A stretch of 64,000 nucleotides of DNA. Source: an uncultured bacterium (GTDB lineage: Bacteria; Omnitrophota; Gorgyraeia; Duberdicusellales; CBEUCJ01). Shown here one piece after another: positions 18,772 to 27,220 of the stretch; the first letter of the stretch is position 1; the number at the start of each line of letters is the position of its first letter. Where the stretch lies: contig CBEUCJ010000001.1 of the NCBI GenBank assembly GCA_965541615.1, positions 67,754 to 131,753 of the forward strand. The letters are read 5' to 3'. The notes under the pieces were generated by a model that was not told the origin of the DNA, ran no database searches, and saw nothing but the letters and a program-made list of their open reading frames with translations. The translations under genes and the position numbers were made by a program.

Positions 18772-19184
18772 GTTTTCCTCTAACTGAAGTATAAATATTG
18801 ATGATTCATCAACCAGCCTTTTGTTATTTGCTCCTTTCACAAAAAAGTATAGCTTCTTTCAATGACGTAGATTTTAAATATACTTTAGATAATTAGGAAT
18901 AAGTATGTCCATAAAGGTAAATGTAGTCTTTTATGTTTCAAAAAGGGGATGAATAAATATAGAAATAGAAAAAGAATACAATTTACTTATAAATTTGAGA
19001 AGTTTATTAATTCTATAGATGAGAGAGATTTAATGGATTTAAATAGACATTTGGATTGTTTATAGATTACTTAACTTTCTTGAAATAAATAATAAATAGA
19101 TATTGGCTTAACAAAGTAAAAGCATATTTTAGAAATATTTATGGTTAAATAAAATTTATGTTATAATTCTAAATGGAGGCTAAT

Positions 19185-19571
19185 ATGCAAGTAAAACCTA
19201 TAGTAAAAGCTTTTCTTATTGCAGATAAAGTTATGCGAGAGGAAGGGACTAAAAAGTGGAGTGTGATAGGTATATTTGACCGGATTTTTTCTAAAAATTT
19301 CCCTTGTATCCACCCAAGTTTAGCCTTATATATTAGATTAAGTAATGCAGAAGGTGAGTATAACGTTAAAATTGAGTTTTGTGAAATAGATGGGAAAGTT
19401 TTATCTCTATTCGAAGGAAAACTTAAGGTAGGTTCCAGATTAGCCACTCCAGAAATTGGGATTCAGACTTATAACCTTCCTTTACCAAAACCAGGGAGAT
19501 ATTTATTTAAGTTATATCTTAATGATGAATTTATTCAAGATTTTCCTATAGATGTTGTTCAAATAAAGTGA
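19185..19571 (+). CDS. hypothetical protein (128 aa); first gene of a tRNA-Gln-adjacent cassette
   Basis: GGAGG RBS 5 nt upstream of the ATG at 19185 (the ORF-track start at 19173 lies inside the RBS). A candidate -10 (tataat) sits at about 19163. No family recognised by eye. Predicted mostly beta. Confidence 0.5.
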   Translation: MQVKPIVKAFLIADKVMREEGTKKWSVIGIFDRIFSKNFPCIHPSLALYIRLSNAEGEYNVKIEFCEIDGKVLSLFEGKLKVGSRLATPEIGIQTYNLPLPKPGRYLFKLYLNDEFIQDFPIDVVQIK

Positions 19572-19587
19572 AAGGAGGTAATACATT

Positions 19588-19935
19588 ATGAGTCCAAAAT
19601 TGGAAATTAAAACAGAATTTATTCAGTCAGAAAAAAGTGGTGTTTCTTTAATTGAAGATATTTGGCAGACGCCAGCTACATATTTAATTAACAGATTAGG
19701 AAGAACTCCTCAAGTCAGATTAATAGGAGATAGATATTACCCAGAATATTTGCAAACTATTGTAGTTTTAGAAGACGATCCAGAAGGACTATTAGATAAA
19801 ATTTTTTCTATTGAAGTAGAGATGAGAAAAAAATTTAAGAATATAAACTTTGATCTTCGTGTTTGTGTAATTACTTCTGAAGAAGAAATAGAAAAGATGA
19901 AACAGGGACTTCTTATCCGATATGAACGAGTATGA
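19588..19935 (+). CDS. hypothetical protein (115 aa)
   Basis: Strong AGGAGG RBS 7 nt upstream. No recognisable motif. Confidence 0.5.
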   Translation: MSPKLEIKTEFIQSEKSGVSLIEDIWQTPATYLINRLGRTPQVRLIGDRYYPEYLQTIVVLEDDPEGLLDKIFSIEVEMRKKFKNINFDLRVCVITSEEEIEKMKQGLLIRYERV

Positions 19936-20398
19936 CTTCAGTAGAGGAGGAGTTGAGAAGTATTTTAGATTAATTGAACATGATTTAAAGCTATTAGATT
20001 TGCTTACAGAAAAATATCCATCTCATCTTGAAAAAGAAGATTTTTCTGACTGGATAGTAACTACTTTATTTTATATAGCATGTATTTATTTAAAAGCTTT
20101 ATTCAGATTGTATGGCGAAGATATTCAAAGTCATTATGCCTTGAAACAACAATTGTATGCAAGAAAAGAATTATTTCAAATCATAAAACCTTACAGACAT
20201 TTGGAAGAAGCAAGCAGAGATGCTCGTTATGAAGGGAGGGTCTTTTCTTCTGATTATATTATAAATAGACTTTATCCTAAATTTAAAATAGTGCGTGATT
20301 GTGTTGTTGAGCTGTTCAACAAAAATAGAATTTTTAATATTCCTCAAGTTGATCCCTTACCATTTTTAAAAAGATTAGAGAAACGAAGTATTTCTTAA
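19922..20398 (+). CDS. hypothetical alpha-helical protein (158 aa)
   Basis: Overlaps the previous gene by 14 nt (translational coupling). Arg-rich segment RHLEEASRDARYEG. No confident family assignment. Confidence 0.5.
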   Translation: MNEYDFSRGGVEKYFRLIEHDLKLLDLLTEKYPSHLEKEDFSDWIVTTLFYIACIYLKALFRLYGEDIQSHYALKQQLYARKELFQIIKPYRHLEEASRDARYEGRVFSSDYIINRLYPKFKIVRDCVVELFNKNRIFNIPQVDPLPFLKRLEKRSIS

Positions 20399-20479
20399 AT
20401 GAGAGTTATTTCTTGAATACTCAAATCGCACACTTGAATAAAATTTTAGCTAAAAAAGAATTAACTTCTTGAAATTTCG

Positions 20480-20542
20480 TTAATTACGATTATACTGAGA
20501 ATCGTAATTAAAAGAGAAATTAATTACGGATAGTGTAATTAT
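20480..20542. repeat. tandem imperfect palindromes TTAATTACGAT-N8-ATCGTAATTAA and AATTAATTACGG-N5-GTAATTAT
   Basis: Read directly: a perfect 11-bp inverted repeat at 20480-20490 / 20501-20511, plus a degenerate second copy at 20518-20542. The region is a 300-bp convergent intergenic gap. Confidence 0.5.
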
Positions 20543-20698
20543 AAGGAGCGGAGTTCAGATTCAATAATTTCAATACAAATAATTTAATCAAAAAATTTCT
20601 GAAATGGGGAATACTTAAAGAATGGGACGAAAGAGAAATAGAGTTTTCTTTTATGAAGAGTATCTGAATTTATTTTATTAGAAAGAACAAAAAGAAGA

Positions 20699-21184
20699 CT
20701 ACTTTATAAATCTTCCGTCGTCTTTTGTTTTATTTAATTTAAATATATTCTTTTTAAGCCAGCCAATTCTTTCTACTTCTCTTATATCAAATTGAGGAAC
20801 ATAAGGTTTTATATCTAAAAGAGGAGTTTTATCTACAATATCTACATCCTCTATATAAAGAATATTTTTTCTAATTTTAAGAAGACGTACTACTGAAATA
20901 CCAATAGGATTAGGACGAGAAGGAGCACGTGTAGCAAATATTCCATGGAATCTTTTATCCATAAATGGTTTTACTTTTAATTTACAGCCTTTGGTAAGAT
21001 GGAAATGATAAATTAAGATAATATGAGAAAAACCACCCAAGTCTTTTAAAGCTTCTTTATATTCAGAAAATACTTCCACTTTTCCTTTAATACCTTCTGC
21101 TGCTTGAGGCTGAATAGGAACACCTTTAGGTTCTTTAAAAGGAGAGTAAATTATCCCAATTGGTTTATATATTATCTCCTTCAT
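20699..21184 (-). CDS. tsaA: tRNA (N6-threonylcarbamoyladenosine) methyltransferase TsaA / YaeB-like
   Basis: 161 aa. PIGIIYSPFKEP...FSHIILIYHFH...RPNPIGIS...DIKPY is the YaeB/TsaA family pattern. Confidence 0.7.
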   Translation of the reverse strand: MKEIIYKPIGIIYSPFKEPKGVPIQPQAAEGIKGKVEVFSEYKEALKDLGGFSHIILIYHFHLTKGCKLKVKPFMDKRFHGIFATRAPSRPNPIGISVVRLLKIRKNILYIEDVDIVDKTPLLDIKPYVPQFDIREVERIGWLKKNIFKLNKTKDDGRFIK

Positions 21185-21330
21185 CTTTAATTTAATTTTA
21201 TACTACACACAAAAATTTCAAAATCATAATTTTAAAACTAAAAATTAATTTCTCTAAAAATCACTTCAGTAAGATTTCCTTACTTGACAGACTCCTTACT
21301 GTATGATACTTTTGGAATGGAGGTGAGAAA

Positions 21331-21567
21331 ATGCTTTGCAAGAAAACCAGTAAAAACCAGATAACTTTACCTAAAAAAATTGTAGAACGATTTAAAGATG
21401 TAGAATATTTTGAAGTAGAAGCGCAAGAAAATAAGATTATTCTAAAACCTGTCAAAATAGAACCAATAAAAAATATCTCCTTAACCAAAATTAGAGAGAA
21501 AATGGCTTCCTTAGGCATTACTGAAGAAGATATTGAAAAGGCAATTTTCTGGGCAAGAAGTAAATAG
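21331..21567 (+). CDS. AbrB/MazE/SpoVT-type antitoxin
   Basis: 78 aa. NQITLPKKIVERF is the swapped-hairpin AbrB/MazE DNA-binding motif. Its stop abuts the start of a PIN-domain gene. Confidence 0.6.
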   Translation: MLCKKTSKNQITLPKKIVERFKDVEYFEVEAQENKIILKPVKIEPIKNISLTKIREKMASLGITEEDIEKAIFWARSK

Positions 21568-22002
21568 ATGAAAAAATTAAGAGTAGTAATAGATACAAAT
21601 GTATTCATATCAGCAATTCTTTTCAAAGGATACCCAGCTAAGTTGGTCGATCTATGGAAAAAAAATTTTTTAAAAATTTTAATTTCTAAAGAAGTTTTAG
21701 AAGAGTACATAAAAGTCCTCTCTTATCCTAAGTTTCAACTCTCAAAAGAAGAAATAAAGTATATAATAGAAAAAGAACTGCTACCTTCTGCAGAAGTAAT
21801 AAAAGTTAAATCAAAAATCAACCTCATAAAAGAAGATAAAGAAGACAATAAATTCCTTACTTTAGCTTTGGAAGGAAATGCTCACTACATTATAAGTGGA
21901 GATAAACATCTTCTCAAACTAAGAAAACTTCATAAAATACCAATAGTTACAATAAAAGAATTTTTAGAAAAAGTTAAATATAAAATGAAATCAGCCAAAT
22001 GA
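21568..22002 (+). CDS. PIN-domain toxin (PIN_3 / TIGR00305-like VapC family)
   Basis: 144 aa. VVIDTNVFISA (first acidic residue), DNKFLTLALE and IISGDKHLL are conserved PIN acidic positions. Confidence 0.65.
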   Translation: MKKLRVVIDTNVFISAILFKGYPAKLVDLWKKNFLKILISKEVLEEYIKVLSYPKFQLSKEEIKYIIEKELLPSAEVIKVKSKINLIKEDKEDNKFLTLALEGNAHYIISGDKHLLKLRKLHKIPIVTIKEFLEKVKYKMKSAK

Positions 22003-22035
22003 TTGCAGGTAAATGTAAAGTAAAATTAATTAAAA

Positions 22036-22752
22036 TTAATAAACTTCTAAAGCTACTCTATTTAACTCTATCTGAATCAGAACAACTGCCAAAGGCCAGC
22101 AAACTAAATACAAAAGGGTCCAGAATCTAGGGGTGTTGTCTTTTTTAATCTGTAAAGAGAAGATCTCAAAGTATTTGTATAAAAAATAGAGAGTTGTGAA
22201 AGGGTTTATTAAATATAAAAATCCTGGTAACTCTGTTCCTGTAAGTTCTAATTCTTTCTTTGTCTTCATAAGCCACCAAAGATGATAAATCCCCAAACTC
22301 AGAATACTAAATATTAATACTAAAAATGGATTTCTTTCTTTTACTCCCAAGATTTTTCCTTCATTAATAGGTAACTTTTTAAACTCTTTTAGAAAAATGA
22401 AAAAACCTAATATAAAGATTATAACTCCTAAAATAAAAATACCTGGTATTAAAATCTTTTCTTCAAAATTAACAAAACTCGCCAAAATCCCCAAAAGCCA
22501 TAAAAAAAATCCTAAAGAAATAAATAAACTAGTCACCAGAATCTTCCTTTTTTCTGATTCTGCTGAAAATTTTGCTACTTGAATGAAGATAATACCTATC
22601 CCCAAAGCAAACATAGTTACTATAAAATCTCTTATTGTGAAGTTTAAAAAAAGCATTATAACCCCTATAACACCTGCAGATAAAAAAATGATCCCTAAAA
22701 ATCCCAAAATCATACCTGCCAGTACTTTTAAGACTTCTTTTATCTCTTTCAT
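22036..22752 (-). CDS. polytopic membrane protein with a C-terminal DUF4234-like region
   Basis: 238 aa, about six hydrophobic helices. GIYHLWWLMKTKKEL resembles the DUF4234 motif. Confidence 0.45.
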   Translation of the reverse strand: MKEIKEVLKVLAGMILGFLGIIFLSAGVIGVIMLFLNFTIRDFIVTMFALGIGIIFIQVAKFSAESEKRKILVTSLFISLGFFLWLLGILASFVNFEEKILIPGIFILGVIIFILGFFIFLKEFKKLPINEGKILGVKERNPFLVLIFSILSLGIYHLWWLMKTKKELELTGTELPGFLYLINPFTTLYFLYKYFEIFSLQIKKDNTPRFWTLLYLVCWPLAVVLIQIELNRVALEVY

Positions 22753-23094
22753 TTATTTAAAAAAGATGGGTTCTAAATATTCTGTCCAGATAAATAAAAA
22801 GACAGGGCCTAAAAGATAAAGGAGTAAGAAGACAAAAAAGAACTTTAACTTAGATTGTGAAAAAACAATACCCAAAATACTCAAAAAAATAGCACTTATA
22901 CCGAGCATAAGAGAACCTATGAGTCCTACTCTTTTGTACAGAATTATAAGAGGTAGATAAATGATTCTAAATATTTCAAATAATTTTTCTTCTTGGTCTA
23001 CACTTAAAGTAAAACGTAAAGAAAAAAATAAAACTCCAATTAAAAAAATAAAGATGAGAATAGAAATCAAATTCAATTTAAATCTCTTACCCAT
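22753..23094 (-). CDS. small membrane protein (113 aa)
   Basis: Three or four hydrophobic helices. Its start is adjacent to the downstream membrane gene. No family recognised. Confidence 0.4.
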   Translation of the reverse strand: MGKRFKLNLISILIFIFLIGVLFFSLRFTLSVDQEEKLFEIFRIIYLPLIILYKRVGLIGSLMLGISAIFLSILGIVFSQSKLKFFFVFLLLYLLGPVFLFIWTEYLEPIFFK

Positions 23095-23142
23095 ATAAAT
23101 TAAATTTTACTCTAAAAATTTTTATAAGTAAAATGTTTAAAT

Positions 23143-24168
23143 ATGGAAAAGTTCTTAAAAGTGGGCAAGATAAAAGTCTATCTTGTATGGTTCGATTCTA
23201 TGAAAGCTAAGTCTTCTGCTGTTTTTATCCAAACACCAGATGTAAAGATCCTCATAGATCCAGGAGCAGCTGTAATGCAGAACTCATATCCTTTGTCTAA
23301 TAAAGAAAAAGAATTTTTCAAAAAAGAAGCTTTAAAAAGAATAGAGTCTTTTTCTAAAAAATCTGATATTATAATCATTACTCATTACCATTATGACCAC
23401 CATACTCTTCCTACAAAAAAGTCAAACTTTTATGAACAAAAAACTTTATTTATAAAAGATCCTAATAAATGGATAAATAGATCTCAATTTTTTAGAGCAA
23501 GAAAATTCCTAAAGAGATTAGCAAATTTAAACAAAGTAAAGTTTAAAAACATATTAGAATCTCCTAAAAAATTAGAGTTTTATGACCCAGTTGAAGATTT
23601 GAAATTTAAAGAGGTAGATAAAAAACAACTCAAAAAAGGTAAAAAATGGCTAAAAGATTTATTTAAACTTTGGAATAAAGAAATGAGTGTTTGTGAGTGG
23701 TCTAAAAACAAAACTTCTGTTTACTTTGCAGATGGAAAAAAAGTAACTTTTAAAAACACACAGATATCATTTTCAGAACCTTTATTCCATGGAATAGAAT
23801 ATGATAGATTAGGCTGGGTAATAATGGTAAATGTTGAATATAAAGATAAAAAAGTCCTCTACACTTCAGATTTACAAGGTATTCCTATTAAAGATTATGC
23901 TCAAAAGATAATTGAGATTAACCCTGATTTATTAATAGCTGATGGACCTGCAACATATCTCTTAGGCTATTTATTAAATCAAAAAAATTTAGAAAGAGCT
24001 ATTGAAAATACTTCTTATATAATTAAAAATATAAAAGCTAAAACGATCATTTATGACCACCATCTATTAAGAGATTTAAACTACAAACAAAAAGTAGAAA
24101 AAATTTATAAGACAGCTTCTAATCTTGGAAAAAAGGTCTTAACTGCTCTTGAATTCTTAGAAGGGTAA
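23143..24168 (+). CDS. MBL-fold metallo-hydrolase (UPF0282-like)
   Basis: 341 aa. IIITHYHYDHH is the beta-lactamase-fold HxHxDH zinc motif. Confidence 0.6.
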   Translation: MEKFLKVGKIKVYLVWFDSMKAKSSAVFIQTPDVKILIDPGAAVMQNSYPLSNKEKEFFKKEALKRIESFSKKSDIIIITHYHYDHHTLPTKKSNFYEQKTLFIKDPNKWINRSQFFRARKFLKRLANLNKVKFKNILESPKKLEFYDPVEDLKFKEVDKKQLKKGKKWLKDLFKLWNKEMSVCEWSKNKTSVYFADGKKVTFKNTQISFSEPLFHGIEYDRLGWVIMVNVEYKDKKVLYTSDLQGIPIKDYAQKIIEINPDLLIADGPATYLLGYLLNQKNLERAIENTSYIIKNIKAKTIIYDHHLLRDLNYKQKVEKIYKTASNLGKKVLTALEFLEG

Positions 24169-27135
24169 ACCAAAACTTAAATGAAATTTTTCTCTCTTTC
24201 CTTCTTTAACTGGACCTAACTTAATCCCTAAGTCTAATCTTAAAAATCCCCATTTTGTTCTATATCTCAATCCTAAACCAGTCCCACATTTTAATCTTGA
24301 AATCTTAAATTCCTTAGGTTTATTTGTCAAAAAACCTGTATCAAAAAATAAAGCTCCATACCATTTTTTGTAAATAGGGAACCTAAACTCTGAATTTAAA
24401 ATCCCATAGAATCTTCCACCTAAAGGAAGGTTATCTTTATCTAAGAGATCTGCTCTCCTCCCTTTATAACCTCTTATACTACTTGAACCACCTATAAAAA
24501 ATTTCTCAAAGAATGGTATTGTCTGAAAATCTCCTATTTTATCTTCATATCCTAATTTATTTCTTAAAACAAACACTCTTTCTTTCTTTAAATCCCAATA
24601 AAATCTATTTTCAAATTCTATTTTATAAAAATTTGCATCTGAACCTAAAGCTGAATCTGATAAGTTAAAATTGATTACAGAGTAACTTCCTTTTGTAGGA
24701 TAAATCTTATTATCTAAGGTATCTCTTATAATCTTTAAATTCAAAAAATTGATTTGAGATCTTGGCTGATATTTTTTTAAACTTAAAGGTGCTTTAAAAG
24801 AAACTTTATTTATTGAGTACTCATTAAAACTAAATCCTATTTTTAACTTTGTAAATTTTAAAATTTGAGCACCTAAATAAAAATCCAATGAAAAATTAGT
24901 TTTTAAACTATATCTTTTATCTTTTTCCCATCTCCCTTTGAATACAATTCCACAAAATAGAGGTGAGTTAAATATTTCTTTTTTCTCAAAACCTAATCTT
25001 ATTTTTTTCTCATACTCAGAATACTTACCTCCTGCTATGAGTTTAATATTTTTAAAATGATAACTTAAATTCAGTTTGTTATAAGCTGTCATTCTTAATC
25101 TTAAAGTTTTCTTGGTATCTTTTAAAAAATTCAGAATCTTTTCTTCTATAAAACCTAAAAAAACTATAGAACTTAAATGTCCTGATAAAAGCCAATAGGA
25201 TTTTTTACAATTTAAAGCTCTTTGAAATTCTAATACACATTTTCTTGGGATGTACCTATCAAAGATAGCATTTATCATCAATATTTTTTTATCCTTTAAC
25301 TTATAAGCAAAATTTAAAGGATCTAAAACTTTTAATTCATTTAAGATCTCTGGTGCAAGTTCTTTTTTTACTTTATATTTTTTAGAAATAGTGCTCTTTA
25401 AAAGTAATTCTTTTAAATCAGCTCCTCCTAAAATAAATATCCCTGAATCTATATCCTCTCTTAACTCTAAAACTCTTTCACTAACTATACTCCCTAAACT
25501 TACTCCACCTAAAGTGATTTTAGCTGTGAATTCCTTTTCTTTTAGCCAGTCCAATATATTTTGAGCTTCAAACAAGAGTTCTTTAATTAAATCTAAATAT
25601 ATTAGAAAAATAATATCTTTTTTTCTCCTTATTTTTTTGTATTTGCGATAATCTTTTTGAAATCCTGTCTGAAAAGTTAAAAACCCAATGTCATTTTGAG
25701 CTAAAAATTTTCCTAACTCTCCTTCTATATTCTTACTCACTCCTCTTGAATGTGGAATAAAAACTAAAAATGGAATCTTTTCTTTGGCTTCTAAAGGTAA
25801 GTAACAATATATGTATATACTTTTATCAGGCAATCTATTTTTTATTTTTGGGATATAAAAATATATTAATTTTTTATAAAAAGGAGTTTGTAATTCCTTT
25901 ATCAATTTAGGAGAAATCTTTTCTGATCTTTTTAAACTTATTTTTTTATAAACTTTCTCTTTATAATCTTTAAATACACTTTTTAAAGAAAATCTTACGT
26001 ATTCTTTCTCTTTAACAGAATAAATAAAAAATTCCTTTTTTGAAGGAATAAAGACTATACTTTGCAAGAGATGATTTGAATAAAAAGGCTTAGCCCTCAA
26101 AATTTTAAAGATATCTTTTAAAGAAAACTTATCTTTACTTTTTATAAACTCTTTAAATTTCTTAAGTCTTTTATAAGAAGAAGTATTCTCTAATTTAGTA
26201 TTAGGATAAACTTTCTTCATCGTCTTAAATAATTCTTTTGAAAGATAATGGTTTACACTTACTAAATAATTATCTTTTGGAAAAAGTATTTGATATCTTT
26301 TGCCTGTAAATTCAATTAGTGCAGCTTTCTTATTTTTTTCACAAATAGTTATTGTGAAGCCTGCTATTCTTTTTGAAGAGATTACTTTTCCAATAGCTTC
26401 TTCTAAACTCTCAGAATTTTGAATTAGTTCTCTTAATAGAAACATAATCGGTATTCCTGTGCGATTTAATTCACTAGTTCCCACCCCTGTCTCAGAAACA
26501 GAGATTCCTTTTGCATTCATTGCACTTAAAACTCCACACATTCCAGGCCATCCAATAGAAACAAAAGGTACACCTTTTTTTGGCATAAAAAAGAAGATTA
26601 CTTGGTTTTCTACTAAACCCTGTGGGGGCACAAAACCTAAATCTCTACCATGAAAAAGTAAAGCTTCTTTTGTAATCTTAGGCATCAGTACAATATTCGT
26701 GCAAGTCTTTTTCTTCCTCAAAAAACTCAAAGTATCCAAAAAAGTATGCATCATTAATATTTTTGAATAACTTAACCCTGAACCTTTTGCTATCCCTATT
26801 ATTTCTTTCCTTAATTCTTTAGGGATGTATCTTTGGTACAAAAAAGCTTTAAATTTGAAATAATTCCAAAGGATAAACCTTTTAAGTTTAGATTTTATCT
26901 GTTTTTTTAAAAATGTATTTAAAAAATAATCTCTATAAAGCTGATTTATTTCTTTTCTTAATAAGACTCCTTGCTGATAACCCATCTCAAAGCTATCCCC
27001 TTTAAGATACACTATTTTAAAACCTGCTCTTTCTTCTAAATGGGCTTTTTTTAAAATCTTATAGAAATCTTGATGACAATTTAAATTTTTAAAAAATGAA
27101 AGGAAAATAATAAAGAAAAATATCTTTGCCTTCAT
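24157..27135 (-). CDS. 992-aa predicted outer-membrane protein fusing a C45 Ntn-hydrolase domain, an alpha/beta-hydrolase domain and an Omp85/Bac_surface_Ag beta-barrel
   Basis: N-terminal signal peptide (MKAKIFFFIIFLSFF). About aa 40-400: GDSFEMGYQQG, the autoproteolytic TCTNIV site and FHGRDLGF match the C45 acyl-CoA:6-APA acyltransferase/peptidase family. About aa 430-690: FLVFIPHSRG, the GVSLG nucleophile elbow and LSGHLSS match an alpha/beta hydrolase. About aa 700-992: FIGGSSSIRGYKGR and ALFFDTGFL are the Bac_surface_Ag (PF01103) motifs, and the protein ends in ...FGLPF. Confidence 0.7.
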   Translation of the reverse strand: MKAKIFFFIIFLSFFKNLNCHQDFYKILKKAHLEERAGFKIVYLKGDSFEMGYQQGVLLRKEINQLYRDYFLNTFLKKQIKSKLKRFILWNYFKFKAFLYQRYIPKELRKEIIGIAKGSGLSYSKILMMHTFLDTLSFLRKKKTCTNIVLMPKITKEALLFHGRDLGFVPPQGLVENQVIFFFMPKKGVPFVSIGWPGMCGVLSAMNAKGISVSETGVGTSELNRTGIPIMFLLRELIQNSESLEEAIGKVISSKRIAGFTITICEKNKKAALIEFTGKRYQILFPKDNYLVSVNHYLSKELFKTMKKVYPNTKLENTSSYKRLKKFKEFIKSKDKFSLKDIFKILRAKPFYSNHLLQSIVFIPSKKEFFIYSVKEKEYVRFSLKSVFKDYKEKVYKKISLKRSEKISPKLIKELQTPFYKKLIYFYIPKIKNRLPDKSIYIYCYLPLEAKEKIPFLVFIPHSRGVSKNIEGELGKFLAQNDIGFLTFQTGFQKDYRKYKKIRRKKDIIFLIYLDLIKELLFEAQNILDWLKEKEFTAKITLGGVSLGSIVSERVLELREDIDSGIFILGGADLKELLLKSTISKKYKVKKELAPEILNELKVLDPLNFAYKLKDKKILMINAIFDRYIPRKCVLEFQRALNCKKSYWLLSGHLSSIVFLGFIEEKILNFLKDTKKTLRLRMTAYNKLNLSYHFKNIKLIAGGKYSEYEKKIRLGFEKKEIFNSPLFCGIVFKGRWEKDKRYSLKTNFSLDFYLGAQILKFTKLKIGFSFNEYSINKVSFKAPLSLKKYQPRSQINFLNLKIIRDTLDNKIYPTKGSYSVINFNLSDSALGSDANFYKIEFENRFYWDLKKERVFVLRNKLGYEDKIGDFQTIPFFEKFFIGGSSSIRGYKGRRADLLDKDNLPLGGRFYGILNSEFRFPIYKKWYGALFFDTGFLTNKPKEFKISRLKCGTGLGLRYRTKWGFLRLDLGIKLGPVKEGKREKFHLSFGLPF

Positions 27136-27220
27136 TTCATCATTATTTTACTCCATCTACAATTTTTTTGTAAATCTGGTCTTGCTCATTTGACACAGTT
27201 TTTTTAAAGATGTAAAATTT

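Noticed and set aside
18652-18840. 62-aa minus-strand ORF
   Set aside because: It overlaps tRNA-Gln on the opposite strand. No coding evidence.
21261-21710. 149-aa minus-strand ORF
   Set aside because: It is antisense to the AbrB-antitoxin/PIN-toxin pair, which have clear motifs and coupling. Low-complexity Ser/Phe/Leu-rich shadow frame.
22397-22819. Two + strand ORFs (61 and 78 aa) encoding very Lys/Ile/Pro-rich peptides
   Set aside because: They lie entirely antisense to the hydrophobic membrane-protein genes on the - strand. A TTT/ATT/AAA-rich coding strand gives Lys-rich open frames on the opposite strand by composition alone. There is no RBS, so they are shadow ORFs.
26459-26653. 64-aa + strand ORF inside the 992-aa OM protein gene
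   Set aside because: Antisense shadow of a gene with strong domain evidence.
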